A stretch of DNA of 64,000 nucleotides from Nitrospirota bacterium (GTDB lineage: Bacteria; Nitrospirota; UBA9217). Shown piece after piece: positions 50,322 to 60,027 of this stretch; positions within the stretch are counted from its first letter, which is position 1; every line of letters begins with the position of its first letter. A program made the translations under genes and the position numbers. The DNA lies in NCBI GenBank assembly GCA_963840455.1, contig CAWIYV010000007.1, positions 509,022 through 573,021 on the forward strand, read 5' to 3'. The notes beneath the pieces are model-generated. The model was not told the DNA's origin. It made no database searches and worked only from the letters and a program-made list of their open reading frames with translations.

Positions 50322-53197
50322 AGTGGCCGTTTGATTGATCGGGAACGGAGGGCTATAGGATGTTGCTCGTGCCTCCGGGAAACAGCATCCAGCTTATAAA
50401 GATAGCCGTCATCTGGTAAGAAGGCGCCGCTGCTGTTCCTGCCGTCCCAAGAAAATACTCCTGGTCCGGCTGCGTCCTGCGTTGCGGTCTGCGTAAATAC
50501 AGGCGATCCCGAAGGGCCGTACTGGTCCTGGTAGATCTTGAGCGTCATGGTGGCGGGGCCGTTTATCGTGTAAAAAATGTTCGTTGAATCTGAATTAGCT
50601 GTATTGATCGTCTCAGTGCTGGCACCGACGCCGGAAATCGTCAGGGGGGCGTTCGTATTAACGGCAAAATTGGTTTCAGCGAAACCGACATTTCCCGCAG
50701 CGTCCGTTGCTTCTACACGAATGACATGGGACGCATTGGTCAGTGCATCGAGGCTGTTTCCCGAAACTTTCGACACGGGGTTCCCATCGACCTTCACCTG
50801 CACGGAAGTGATCGTTCCGGCATCGGCTGTCGTATATGTCAGCAGCGGCGTATTGTCTCTGGTCGTTATATTCGTGGGGGAAGTGATTATAACCATCGGA
50901 GCAGTCGTATCGACAGTGAAGCTCGTCTCGGCAAAACCGGTATTCCCCGCGCTATCCGTTGCCTCTACTCTTACGGTATGTGTGCCCTGGGATACCAACC
51001 CAAGAGTGTCCCCCGAAATCTTGGCAACAACCGTCCCATCTACCATCACCACGACTGTACCCTCGGAGGCTGTATAGTTAAGAAGCCGCACCGCACTGTA
51101 TGTTGCTCCCGACACAGGCGATGAGATCGTGACTACGGGCAAAGACGAGTCGAGCGAAATCGCGCTGCTGCAGGGCACCGGCATCCAGTTACCCTCATTG
51201 TCCATGAATCTTGCGGAAACCGTTTTTGTCCCCTCGCCTGCGCTTAATGTCCAGCTTTTCGATGTTGCATAGGGCTCCGCGGTCAACCATGTCGATCCGT
51301 CGTTGCTGAACTGCATCTGGGCCACTCCGCTGCCGAAATCCGTAGCAGTAAGGCTCAATGTCACGACAGCATTGTTCGTTGCAGCCGCCCCGCCGTTGAT
51401 CACGACCGAACCCGTCGGCGGTGTTATATCGGCAAAGCTCGCGTTTATCGTATGGTTCGCGGTCACATTGCTGAATGTGTAGCTCGTAATGGCCCCGACT
51501 GATGCTCCATCGACAATCACATCGGAGATCGAATAGCCGGTGTTCGGCGTTATCGTAAAAGTCTGGCTTGAAGCAAAGTCAACGGATATCGTACCTGACG
51601 GCGACAGCGTCCCTCCGGCAGTCGCCGATCCGCCTATGGAATACGTATCGACTGAGAAGCTCGCATTGATTGTATGGTTCGTGGTTACGTTCGTAAAGGC
51701 ATAGGTGCTCACGGCCCCAACAGAGGCGCCGTCGACCTGCACGTCGGAGACATGATAGCCGGCATTGGGCGTGATCGTGAACGTCGTCGTGGCCCCGGAA
51801 TTGAGGATCACGGTACCCAGGGGAGATATTGTGCCGTTCGCGCCGGCTGTGGCGGTAACGGAGTATGTGTTGATCGCAAAACTCGTGATGATCGTGTGGG
51901 GTCCAGTCACATTCGAAAACGTGTAGGAGGTCACCGCTCCGACCGATGCCCCGTCAACTAGCACGTCGCTGACATGATAACCTTCATTCGGGGTGATCGT
52001 GAAGGTCTGGTTCATGCCCTGTGTTGCGTTGACCGTCCCTGAAGGGGCAATAGAACCATTCGCATTTGCCGTGGCCGTGATGACATAGATATTTGAAAAG
52101 CTTGCTGATATCGTGTGGGGCCCAGTCACATTCGAAAACGTGTAGGTGGTCACCGCTCCGACCGATGCGCCGTCAACAAGCACGTCGCTGACATGATAGC
52201 CGGCATTGGGCGTGATCGTGAAGGTCTGGTTGGCACCCACGGTGACAGCGACAGCGCCGTTCGGCGATATCGCTCCGTTCGCTCCGGCACTTGCCGTAAT
52301 GGTGACGGTGTTGACGGAAAAGGTTGCGGAGATCGTGTGGTTTGCAGTGATATTATTGAACGTGTACGAGGTGACTGCCCCGGCGGATGTACCGTCCACC
52401 GTCACATTCCCCACCTTGTATCCGGCGTTCGGGGTCATGGTGAACGTCTGATTTGCTCCGTTCGCTACGGCGACGGTGCCGTTCGGGGAGATCGAGCCGT
52501 TCGCTCCTGTTGATGCGGCGACCGTGCGAATGGTCTGGTTGGCAACGCTGGAATAGGCGGAATAGTTTTTGCCGTCGTACGCCCGCGCTCGATAGTAGTA
52601 CGCGGTGCCAACGGTAAGGCCGGTGTTGGAATACACCGTCACATTCGCGCCAAGTGTGGCGATCACCGTCCAGGAACTGGACCCGTTCGGGGATCGCTCA
52701 ACGTAGTAATTGCTCTCATAGGCCGTGTTGTCCGTCCAGGAGAGGTTGATCTGCGACGATGATGCCACGCTTGCGGTCAACGCGGTGGGTGCGGCAAGCG
52801 TGGCCGTTGTGGCATTGGCCGTGTTCGAGTAGCTGGAATAGGTACTTCCGGCCTTGCAGCGTACCCTGTAGTAGTATCTCGTGTTCTGCGTCAGGCCGGT
52901 GTTCTGGTAACTGGTGATGTTCGCACCAAGGGTGGCGACGACCGTCCAGGAGCTCGACCCATTCGGCGAACGCTCGACGTAGTAGTTAGCCTCGTTCGTG
53001 GCGTTGTCCGTCCAGGCGAGGTTGATCTGCTTTGACGATGCCATGGTTGCGGTCAGGTTCGTTGGCGCGGGAGGCGCAGCTGCCCAAGCCGGTTCGGTCA
53101 AAAACAGGCCAAGTAGGGCGAAGGCAATGAAGAGTGACGGAACCAATGAACGGAGTAAGATAAATACAGTGGTTCCCGAAACAGGATGTTCACGCAT
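50318..53197 (-). CDS. large secreted surface protein: 2x FN3, 5x InlB B-repeat-like, Ig-like and FlgD-Ig domains
   Basis: Signal peptide AWA; P.NL.A..INL.W.D...YYYRV repeats; G.I.P.G...TFTITPN.GY.V.DV.VDG repeats; WDGRN. Confidence 0.85.
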   Translation of the reverse strand: MREHPVSGTTVFILLRSLVPSLFIAFALLGLFLTEPAWAAAPPAPTNLTATMASSKQINLAWTDNATNEANYYVERSPNGSSSWTVVATLGANITSYQNTGLTQNTRYYYRVRCKAGSTYSSYSNTANATTATLAAPTALTASVASSSQINLSWTDNTAYESNYYVERSPNGSSSWTVIATLGANVTVYSNTGLTVGTAYYYRARAYDGKNYSAYSSVANQTIRTVAASTGANGSISPNGTVAVANGANQTFTMTPNAGYKVGNVTVDGTSAGAVTSYTFNNITANHTISATFSVNTVTITASAGANGAISPNGAVAVTVGANQTFTITPNAGYHVSDVLVDGASVGAVTTYTFSNVTGPHTISASFSNIYVITATANANGSIAPSGTVNATQGMNQTFTITPNEGYHVSDVLVDGASVGAVTSYTFSNVTGPHTIITSFAINTYSVTATAGANGTISPLGTVILNSGATTTFTITPNAGYHVSDVQVDGASVGAVSTYAFTNVTTNHTINASFSVDTYSIGGSATAGGTLSPSGTISVDFASSQTFTITPNTGYSISDVIVDGASVGAITSYTFSNVTANHTINASFADITPPTGSVVINGGAAATNNAVVTLSLTATDFGSGVAQMQFSNDGSTWLTAEPYATSKSWTLSAGEGTKTVSARFMDNEGNWMPVPCSSAISLDSSLPVVTISSPVSGATYSAVRLLNYTASEGTVVVMVDGTVVAKISGDTLGLVSQGTHTVRVEATDSAGNTGFAETSFTVDTTAPMVIITSPTNITTRDNTPLLTYTTADAGTITSVQVKVDGNPVSKVSGNSLDALTNASHVIRVEATDAAGNVGFAETNFAVNTNAPLTISGVGASTETINTANSDSTNIFYTINGPATMTLKIYQDQYGPSGSPVFTQTATQDAAGPGVFSWDGRNSSGAFLPDDGYLYKLDAVSRRHEQHPIALRSRSIKRPL

Positions 53198-53635
53198 CTG
53201 TGCCTCCGGTGTCCAACCCTTTAAACGAGTCGTATTGACGAAAAGATTCCTGAATGACTAGCAACCACGCATTTTAGCAGACAGTCTTTGCTCGGATAAT
53301 CCTTTGTACGATACATGCAGCACCACTATCAGAACAGGATACTGATCATTCTATAAACGATTCTTCAGTTGTCTTTCGGGTCATGATCTGCTGCGGAAGG
53401 AATAGCGAGAAAACATCGCGAAATTATCATATCGCATCTTCGAAGTCAAAAGAAAAACAGGGTATTTTCGGGGTATTCAAAATTGGAACTTTATTCGTAC
53501 ATTATCTTGCAGAGCCTGCAGCACGGAGCCTATCGGTTTCCTTGGAGCATCCTCAGGTTCTGACAGGAAAACGGGATAAGATCGAATAGATCCCTGATCG
53601 TTCTTTGTATTTTGATTCTTTCCGGAACATTCCCA

Positions 53636-53664
53636 TGGACAAAAGTAGCCGGGTCATTTAGGAT
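53636..53664 (+). promoter_or_regulatory. sigma70 promoter of prmA, probably leaderless
   Basis: TGGACA-17-TAGGAT, 7 nt before ATG 53672. Confidence 0.5.
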
Positions 53665-53671
53665 ACCGGGC

Positions 53672-54514
53672 ATGTCCTATCACCAGTTTCTGATAACCCT
53701 CCCTGATCAGGTCCGCGAGATCATGGTCGACCGGCTTATGGCGCTTGGATCGCTCGGTGTCATCGAGGGGGACGGAGCGCTGACCGCTTATTTTCCAGCC
53801 GCCTCCTCCCCGGGTTCCATCGTTCGAGAGCTTGAGATCAGCCAAGAGCTCCTTTCCCAAGCCGGTCATCGCTTCGCTCTGAAGATCGAGCATACCGTTC
53901 TTGCTGATGCAGACTGGAACGAGTCATGGAAGAAGACCTTTAAACCAATCGACGTCGGGGCCCGGTTCACGATCCTCCCGCCCTGGGAGCACATGGCCGG
54001 AGACCGCATCCCGCTTGTCATCGAACCAGGAATGGCCTTCGGCACCGGCCACCATCAGACGACCCGGTCCTGCCTTGTCCTGATGGAAAAGCTTGCGGCG
54101 TCAGTAAAGAACGAACGATTTCTCGACATCGGGACCGGCACCGGTCTTCTCGCAATTGCCGCCCGCCTGTTGGGCTTCAAACAGGTGGTCGGCGTGGACA
54201 CTGACCTTCTTGCCATGGAAGCTGCTCGAACGAATATCGGATTGAACCGGCTGGAAGGGATCGAACTGCACGAAGGAGACATCGGCTGCGCTGCAGGGAC
54301 CTATGATATGATCGCAGCAAACCTGATATCGGGAACGTTGGTGGAGCTTGCAGAAGAGATTGCTTCGCGTCTGGGATCATCAGGGGTGGTGATCATGTCC
54401 GGGATCCTTAAGGGGCAGGACGACGAAGTGACGGCTGCTGCGGGAAAGGCTGGATTACGCCGTGTTGAACGTCTTCAGGACGGGAAATGGGTGACGCTTG
54501 CGTTCAGGCGTTAG
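53672..54514 (+). CDS. prmA: 50S ribosomal protein L11 methyltransferase
   Basis: DWNESWK, PGMAFGTGHH.TT, LDIGTGTG.LAI, ANL, SGIL. Confidence 0.95.
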   Translation: MSYHQFLITLPDQVREIMVDRLMALGSLGVIEGDGALTAYFPAASSPGSIVRELEISQELLSQAGHRFALKIEHTVLADADWNESWKKTFKPIDVGARFTILPPWEHMAGDRIPLVIEPGMAFGTGHHQTTRSCLVLMEKLAASVKNERFLDIGTGTGLLAIAARLLGFKQVVGVDTDLLAMEAARTNIGLNRLEGIELHEGDIGCAAGTYDMIAANLISGTLVELAEEIASRLGSSGVVIMSGILKGQDDEVTAAAGKAGLRRVERLQDGKWVTLAFRR

Positions 54515-55182
54515 CTCTCGAGGGTAAGGGTTCCTTCAGCCATCCTGAAAACGCGGTCTGCCTGGCGGGCGAGGTGGTCATTGTGCGTCACGATGATGAA
54601 GGTGATCCCCTTTTCCCGGTTCAGCTTCTTCAGGAGCTCGTGGACCGCCTCGCCGGTATGGGTATCGAGGTTGCCCGTCGGCTCGTCGGCAAGGACCACA
54701 TCGGGCCGCAGCACCAGTGCGCGGGCAACGGCGACGCGCTGCTGCTCTCCTCCTGACAGCTCGCCGGGCCGGTGGTGTATGCGCTCACCGAGGCCTACTT
54801 CGCCGAGGAGGGACGCGGCGAGGCCCATCGCCTGTTCCCGGTCCATGTTCCTTATGAGGCCGGGCAGCATGACGTTCTCCAGGGCAGAGAACTCGGGGAG
54901 CAGGTGGTGGAACTGGAACACGAAGCCCACCCGTTCGTTGCGAAATTTCGCGACCCGGTCCGAAGGCAGCGAGTAGACGTCGAGTTCCCCGTACCTGACG
55001 CTCCCTGACGTCGGCTTCTCGAGACCGCCGACGATGTGCAGGAAGGTGCTCTTGCCCACGCCCGAAGCGCCCACGATGGCGAGCATCTCGCCCTTCCCTA
55101 CCTGCAGGTCGATCCCGGTCAGGATATGGAGTGTCTCATCGCCGCTCCGGAAGTTCTTCCGGAGCTGCTGTATGTCGATCAA
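54511..55182 (-). CDS. lolD: lipoprotein-releasing ABC transporter ATP-binding protein
   Basis: [41 protein letters not shown]; probable TTG start 55182. Confidence 0.92.
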   Translation of the reverse strand: MIDIQQLRKNFRSGDETLHILTGIDLQVGKGEMLAIVGASGVGKSTFLHIVGGLEKPTSGSVRYGELDVYSLPSDRVAKFRNERVGFVFQFHHLLPEFSALENVMLPGLIRNMDREQAMGLAASLLGEVGLGERIHHRPGELSGGEQQRVAVARALVLRPDVVLADEPTGNLDTHTGEAVHELLKKLNREKGITFIIVTHNDHLARQADRVFRMAEGTLTLES

Positions 55183-55190
55183 TGCAGTGC

Positions 55191-55442
55191 TTATTTCTTG
55201 TCTCCTTTCTTTTCTCCCGGCTTCACCGCTTCGATCCCCTTCTCCACCTTTTTTTCCAGGGTCGCCGCTTTTTCCTCGACGTTCTGCTTGATGGTATCGG
55301 CCTGTTTGCCGGCCCCTTCCAGCTTCTTCCCTGCGGACTTCAACATCTTGCCTCCGCCCAGCAGAATGAACACGACAGCGACCAGCGCCAGCAGGATGAT
55401 CGTCATGATGATCTTTCTCAAGGTAACGCCCTTCTGTGCCAT
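55191..55442 (-). CDS. small single-TM Lys-rich hypothetical protein (83 aa)
   Basis: GAGGAGG SD before ATG 55442; N-terminal TM plus amphipathic helix. Confidence 0.7.
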   Translation of the reverse strand: MAQKGVTLRKIIMTIILLALVAVVFILLGGGKMLKSAGKKLEGAGKQADTIKQNVEEKAATLEKKVEKGIEAVKPGEKKGDKK

Positions 55443-55512
55443 TGCAGCCTCCTCGAAATAATATTGGGTCTTCGCCCATCTGAGTGGGTTATATAATGAT
55501 TTATATGCTCTT

Positions 55513-55862
55513 GTCACCTTTCTTGCGTGCCCAAGAAAGGTGACCCAAAGAAGGGCACCCGGCGAAAATCCTTTACGGCATGCTCGGTTGTCCTCGGTAC
55601 ATTTCGGAAACTCGCCCTGCGGGCTCAGACATCCGAAATGCTTCACCCTCGGACTCGGTCGCCTGCCTAGATTTTCGCATGGGTTTAACCCCCAACCCCG
55701 CACGTCCCGGGAGCGGCCCTATGAAATTTCTGGGCACCCGTCTTGGCCTAAGGCAGCGTCCCGCAGGGCGAACGCGCATGTCTGAGGCCATAGGCCGAGT
55801 TTGCGCGGGCGAGCGGACGCGGCCTTAGACGGGTCAGAAATTTCATTCAGGACGCGAACGGG
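55513..55862. repeat. multi-hairpin palindromic intergenic element (REP/MITE-like)
   Basis: Perfect 13-bp hairpin 55513-55544; two long stems each capped by AACTCG-hairpin-CTCAGACA in opposite orientation. Confidence 0.65.
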
Positions 55863-55968
55863 ATGTGCAAAAATCCACAAGTAACCAGGCAAAATAACTT
55901 GAATCGTACTGTTTTGGTTGATATCAACCAGCTTTTCGCTTTTAAAATACAAATTTCATAACACCGAT

Positions 55969-57204
55969 TTATTCATATCGCAGCACTTCCACCGGGTCCT
56001 GACGTGCCGCCTGCCATGCGGGGTAGATCGTCGCGAGGAAGCTTATACCCAGCGCCATGAGGGAAATGAACAAGATATCATAACCCGTGATGGACAGCGG
56101 CAGGTGGCTTACCTGGTAGACGTCCTTGGGCAGGGTGATGACCCCGCTCTTCGCGATGATGACCACGGCGCTGTACCCGATGGCTGATCCCAGGACCGTC
56201 CCCACGGCGCCGATGATCAGACCGCTCGTCATGAAGATCCTCATGATGCTCCGCTCGGCTGCCCCCATGGATTTCAGGATGGCTATCTCCCGGCTCTTCT
56301 CCATGACGATCATGGTGAGCGTGCCGATGATATTGAAGGAAGCGACAATGATGATGACCACCAGGATGAGGGACATTCCGATCTTTTCAAGCTTCAAGGC
56401 GGAGAAGAAGTTCTTGTTCATCTCGATCCAGTTCCGTGTGTAGTAAGGAAAGCCAACAGCGGTCTGGATCGATTCGGCGATCGCCGCGGCGTTATAGATA
56501 TCGTCGACGCGGACCTGGATGCCGCTGATCCGCTCCGGCATGTTGAAGAACTTCTGGGCCTCGGGGATGGATATGTACGCAAAGGTCGTGTTGTAATCGT
56601 ACATGCCCGCGTCAAAGATACCCACCAGGTCGAACTTCCGCATCTTCGGCACCATGCCCATGGCGCTTTCCTCGCCGATGGGATTCACCATCGTGATGGT
56701 ATCGCCGATCGTCGCTCCGAACTTCTTGGCGAGGTCCTCTCCGATCACGATCCCCGGGCGGTCCTTTCCGGGGCGCTCGAGGCCCCGGAGAGAACCCTGG
56801 CGCATGTTCTTCTCCAGGTCCGTTACCGTTCCCTCGGTGCGCGGGTCGATGCCCCGTACGACGACCCCCTGGACTCGCTCACGTGCGGCCAGCATGACCT
56901 GGCTGATGATGAAGGGCGTGGTCGCTGTCACATGAGGCACCCGGGCGACCTTTTCCTGGAGCTCTTTCTCATCCCGGACCCCCTTGCCGGCGTATTCCAT
57001 CACCACCACGTGGGAGATCGCCGAGAGGATCTTGTCGCGGAAATAGCCCTGGAATCCGGTCATGACCGACAGGGTCATGATGGACGTGGCAACGCCGATC
57101 ACGACACCAGCAATGGAGATGAAGGTGTTGAGCGAGACCGTCCGGTAGCGTCTCTTGCTTCTCAGGTAGCGGAGACTGATGAAGAGTTCGAAAGGAAGTT
57201 TCAT
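55969..57204 (-). CDS. lolE: lipoprotein-releasing ABC transporter permease (LolC/E)
   Basis: F.SLRYLRSK, SVMTGF, ALKLEK, EIAILKSMGA, YPAWQAA..DPVEVLRYE; start 57204. Confidence 0.92.
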   Translation of the reverse strand: MKLPFELFISLRYLRSKRRYRTVSLNTFISIAGVVIGVATSIMTLSVMTGFQGYFRDKILSAISHVVVMEYAGKGVRDEKELQEKVARVPHVTATTPFIISQVMLAARERVQGVVVRGIDPRTEGTVTDLEKNMRQGSLRGLERPGKDRPGIVIGEDLAKKFGATIGDTITMVNPIGEESAMGMVPKMRKFDLVGIFDAGMYDYNTTFAYISIPEAQKFFNMPERISGIQVRVDDIYNAAAIAESIQTAVGFPYYTRNWIEMNKNFFSALKLEKIGMSLILVVIIIVASFNIIGTLTMIVMEKSREIAILKSMGAAERSIMRIFMTSGLIIGAVGTVLGSAIGYSAVVIIAKSGVITLPKDVYQVSHLPLSITGYDILFISLMALGISFLATIYPAWQAARQDPVEVLRYE

Positions 57205-57220
57205 AGGACGTATAATTCCG

Positions 57221-57354
57221 CCACGGAGGCACGGAGACACAGAGGAAGTCCTAAACGATGAAGGCGGCACACAGAGAACTGGCGAATGAGAGCATCCAGC
57301 CTTCGGAATAATCGAACCTTCATTTTTCTTCGTGACCTCTGTGCCTCTGTAGTG
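57221..57354. repeat. dyad-symmetric octamer-repeat element
   Basis: Left arm cacggagg/cacggaga/cacagagg; inverted arm cctctgtg/cctctgta. Confidence 0.6.
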
Positions 57355-57408
57355 AAGGACGTGTTTGTTACTGGAGAATAAAATTCTACTCAAAATGGCA
57401 AGAAATAT

Positions 57409-57524
57409 TGAAGCCCCCTGCAGCAAGCTGCAGGGAATCTTCGATCCTCAAGGTAATACTATTTATTCTAATCGCTCGCTAACCCCGCAGCAAGCTACGG
57501 GGAATGCGCTCGCTCCTGGATTCA
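57409..57524. mobile_element. non-autonomous IS200/IS605-like palindromic MITE (116 bp)
   Basis: Two similar hairpins ccctgcagcaagctgcaggg and ccccgcagcaagctacgggg, each followed by aat; tgaa...ttca ends. Confidence 0.6.
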
Positions 57525-57648
57525 CCGCGAAGACGCGAAGGACGCAAAGGACGTCAAAACAAAAGGGATTTTTTTGTAATTCAAGTTCTCCTCGCGACCT
57601 TTGCGCCTTGGCGGTTCCAAGGTTTTGTTCCGGCTTGTCCGGGTTAGG
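57523..57648. repeat. dyad-symmetric 8/9-mer element plus gttccggcttgtccgggttagg motif overlapping the lysS stop
   Basis: accgcgaagacgcgaaggacgcaaag versus inverted ctcgcgacctttgcgccttggcggt. Confidence 0.55.
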
Positions 57649-59125
57649 GTTTTTCCTTTTTCATCTGCGGGAACAGGATGACATCCCTGATGGACGGTGA
57701 TCCGGTGAGGAGCATGACGAGACGGTCGATCCCGATGCCTTCGCCGGCGGCCGGCGGCATGCCGTATTCCAGCGCGCGGATGAAGTCCTCGTCCATCTGG
57801 TGGGCCTCTTCATCGCCTGCTTCCCGCTCCGTGACCTGCTTCAGGAACCGCTCCTTCTGGTCGACGGGGTCGTTGAGCTCCGAGAACGCGTTCGCCATTT
57901 CCCGTCCTACAACGAAGAGCTCGAACCGCTCGACGAAGTTCGGATCATCCTCTCGTTTCTTCGAGAGCGGAGAGATGTCGGTCGGGTAATCGGTGATAAA
58001 CGTCGGCTGGATGAGGTTGGGCTCCACCAGCGCCTCGAAGATTTCGTTCCAGAGCTTTCCGAGGGGCTCTCCGCCTTTTACCTGGGCTCCCAGCTTTTTT
58101 GCGTACTCCCGGGCCTTGTCGACATCTGACAGCACGTCGTCGGGCACACCCGCCTCTTTCAGCGATTCCAGGAAGGTCATCTTTTTCCAGGGCGGAGCGA
58201 GGTTGACGGCCTGTCCTTCGTAGGTGATGCTGGTCGTGCCGAGGACCTCGCCGGCCACGGTGCTGATCATCTGTTCGGTCATCTCGATCAGGTCCCGGTA
58301 ATCGGCGTAGGCCTGGTAGAATTCAAGCATGGTGAACTCCGGATTATGGCGCGTCGAGATGCCTTCGTTCCGGAAATTCCTGTTGATCTCATAGACCCGC
58401 TCGAATCCCCCGACGAGAAGGCGCTTCAGGTAGAGCTCGGGTGCGATGCGCAGAAAAAGGTCCATGTCCAGCGCGTTGTGATGGGTCTTGAACGGTCTGG
58501 CTGTCGCACCACCGGGGATTGTCTGCATCATGGGGGTCTCTACTTCGAGGAAACCGCGGGCGTTCAGGAACGACCGGATGGACTGGATGATCTTCGTGCG
58601 AAGAAGAAAGACCGCCTTGACCTCGGGGTTCACGATCAGATCGACATACCGCTGCCGGTAGCGGATCTCGACATCCGTCAGCCCATGCCATTTTTCCGGC
58701 AGCGGCCGAAGTGACTTGGCGAGGAGCGTGAAGTCTTCCATATCGATCGTGAGCTCGTTCGTTTTGGTCCGGAACAGAAAACCCTTCACGCCGATGAAAT
58801 CGCCGATATCAAGCTTTTTGAAAAATGCATACTGTTCTTCACCGAGCGTGTTCTTCTGGAAATAGACCTGAATCCTGCCCGTTCCGTCCTGGATATGGCC
58901 AAAACCGGCCTTGCCGAAGCTCCGGAGCGCGACGATCCTGCCTGCCAGCGTGACCTCGACCCGAGTTTGCTCCAACGTTTCCTTCGATGTGTTTATGTTG
59001 GCGTCAAGCAGCGCCTTCGCTGATGTCGAGACATCAAACCTGCCTGCGTAGGGCCGTTTCCCCATCGCGCTGATCTCAGCGAGCTTCTTGAACCGCTGCT
59101 GGATCAGATCGTTGTAGTCTTCCAT
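57644..59125 (-). CDS. lysS: lysine--tRNA ligase (class II)
   Basis: RYRQRY.DL, GGA.ARPF.T, LRIAPELYLK, FRNEG, GIGIDRL; likely ATG 59125. Confidence 0.98.
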   Translation of the reverse strand: MEDYNDLIQQRFKKLAEISAMGKRPYAGRFDVSTSAKALLDANINTSKETLEQTRVEVTLAGRIVALRSFGKAGFGHIQDGTGRIQVYFQKNTLGEEQYAFFKKLDIGDFIGVKGFLFRTKTNELTIDMEDFTLLAKSLRPLPEKWHGLTDVEIRYRQRYVDLIVNPEVKAVFLLRTKIIQSIRSFLNARGFLEVETPMMQTIPGGATARPFKTHHNALDMDLFLRIAPELYLKRLLVGGFERVYEINRNFRNEGISTRHNPEFTMLEFYQAYADYRDLIEMTEQMISTVAGEVLGTTSITYEGQAVNLAPPWKKMTFLESLKEAGVPDDVLSDVDKAREYAKKLGAQVKGGEPLGKLWNEIFEALVEPNLIQPTFITDYPTDISPLSKKREDDPNFVERFELFVVGREMANAFSELNDPVDQKERFLKQVTEREAGDEEAHQMDEDFIRALEYGMPPAAGEGIGIDRLVMLLTGSPSIRDVILFPQMKKEKP

Positions 59126-59157
59126 GAAGATTCCTTTCAACAGCGCAGTGAGCGCTG

Positions 59158-59185
59158 ATTATACCCGTCCTGGCTGCCCTGTCAA
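59158..59185 (-). promoter_or_regulatory. consensus sigma70 promoter of lysS
   Basis: TTGACA-16-TATAAT. Confidence 0.75.
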
Positions 59186-59621
59186 GGAGAAACACGTTAG
59201 TCCCTGAGGAGTCAATTTCCTCTTCAGTGGGACCAAAACGATCTCAAAACTTTTTTGATGGGATATCAGGGTCGACCGGATGTGCGGGTTCTAAATCCGA
59301 GTTGTCATCCTGCCTGTGTCCCGCGGCCATGATCCCGTCGAAGACTACGAGCTCCTGTTCAGGATGTGAGTTATTGTGCGTGGAATCGTCAAGAACAAAC
59401 GGGCTCTTCAGACATCATTGTTTCGGATTGTGCAGAGGAGGGTATTTCATGGGCGGTATTTATCACGATGGGTGGGCGTTGAACGCGAAGAATGTGTACC
59501 CGCCGATGTTGCGTCGAAGGGAATGCAAGGGTTGGAGTGTGGACTACTCTTCCAATAAAGACCGCATTAATCCATTTCGGTCACTACGGCTAGTACCTTC
59601 TCTTCGAGAGCAAATATCAAA

Positions 59622-60000
59622 TTACAGATGCGACCTATACAATTCCCCATTTTTCTCCAATATTCTACAGACGTCATTATCAAATCCAAAGAATTTCTTT
59701 GCCTCTTCGTTAGGGGCTGATGCAAACAACGCGGTGACGTATTCACGCAATTCAGCTTCTGGCGTGCTTCTGTCTATCTTTGTTGTAAAGTTCGCCAACA
59801 TTGTATTTGACTTTAATATACTTGATCTGGCCATCAATATATTTCTCAATTGTATGCTTCAAGTTTATAGCTTTCTGTAATTCGGCACCTTGGCTTTCAA
59901 TAATCTCGTTGAGGATATTCAGCGAATCCTGCAGGACATCGATCCTACCATGCTGCTGATAAGAATCAAAAAGCGTTCTAGCCTGATCAAAATCGTTCAT
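59622..60000 (-). CDS. hypothetical helical protein (~125 aa) with one apparent frameshift
   Basis: AGGAG SD before ATG 60000; overlapping ORFs 59752-60000 and 59622-59849; low GC. Confidence 0.5.
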
Positions 60001-60027
60001 ATATTTGCTCCTAAGATATGCTGACCT

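Noticed and set aside
55443-57426. N-terminal extensions of ORFs 55191-55703, 54511-55479 and 55969-57426
   Set aside because: They read through repeat elements or a neighbouring gene; better starts lie at 55442, 55182 and 57204.
59227-59880. 217-aa plus-strand ORF
   Set aside because: Partly antisense to the minus-strand hypothetical gene; atypical composition and no motifs.
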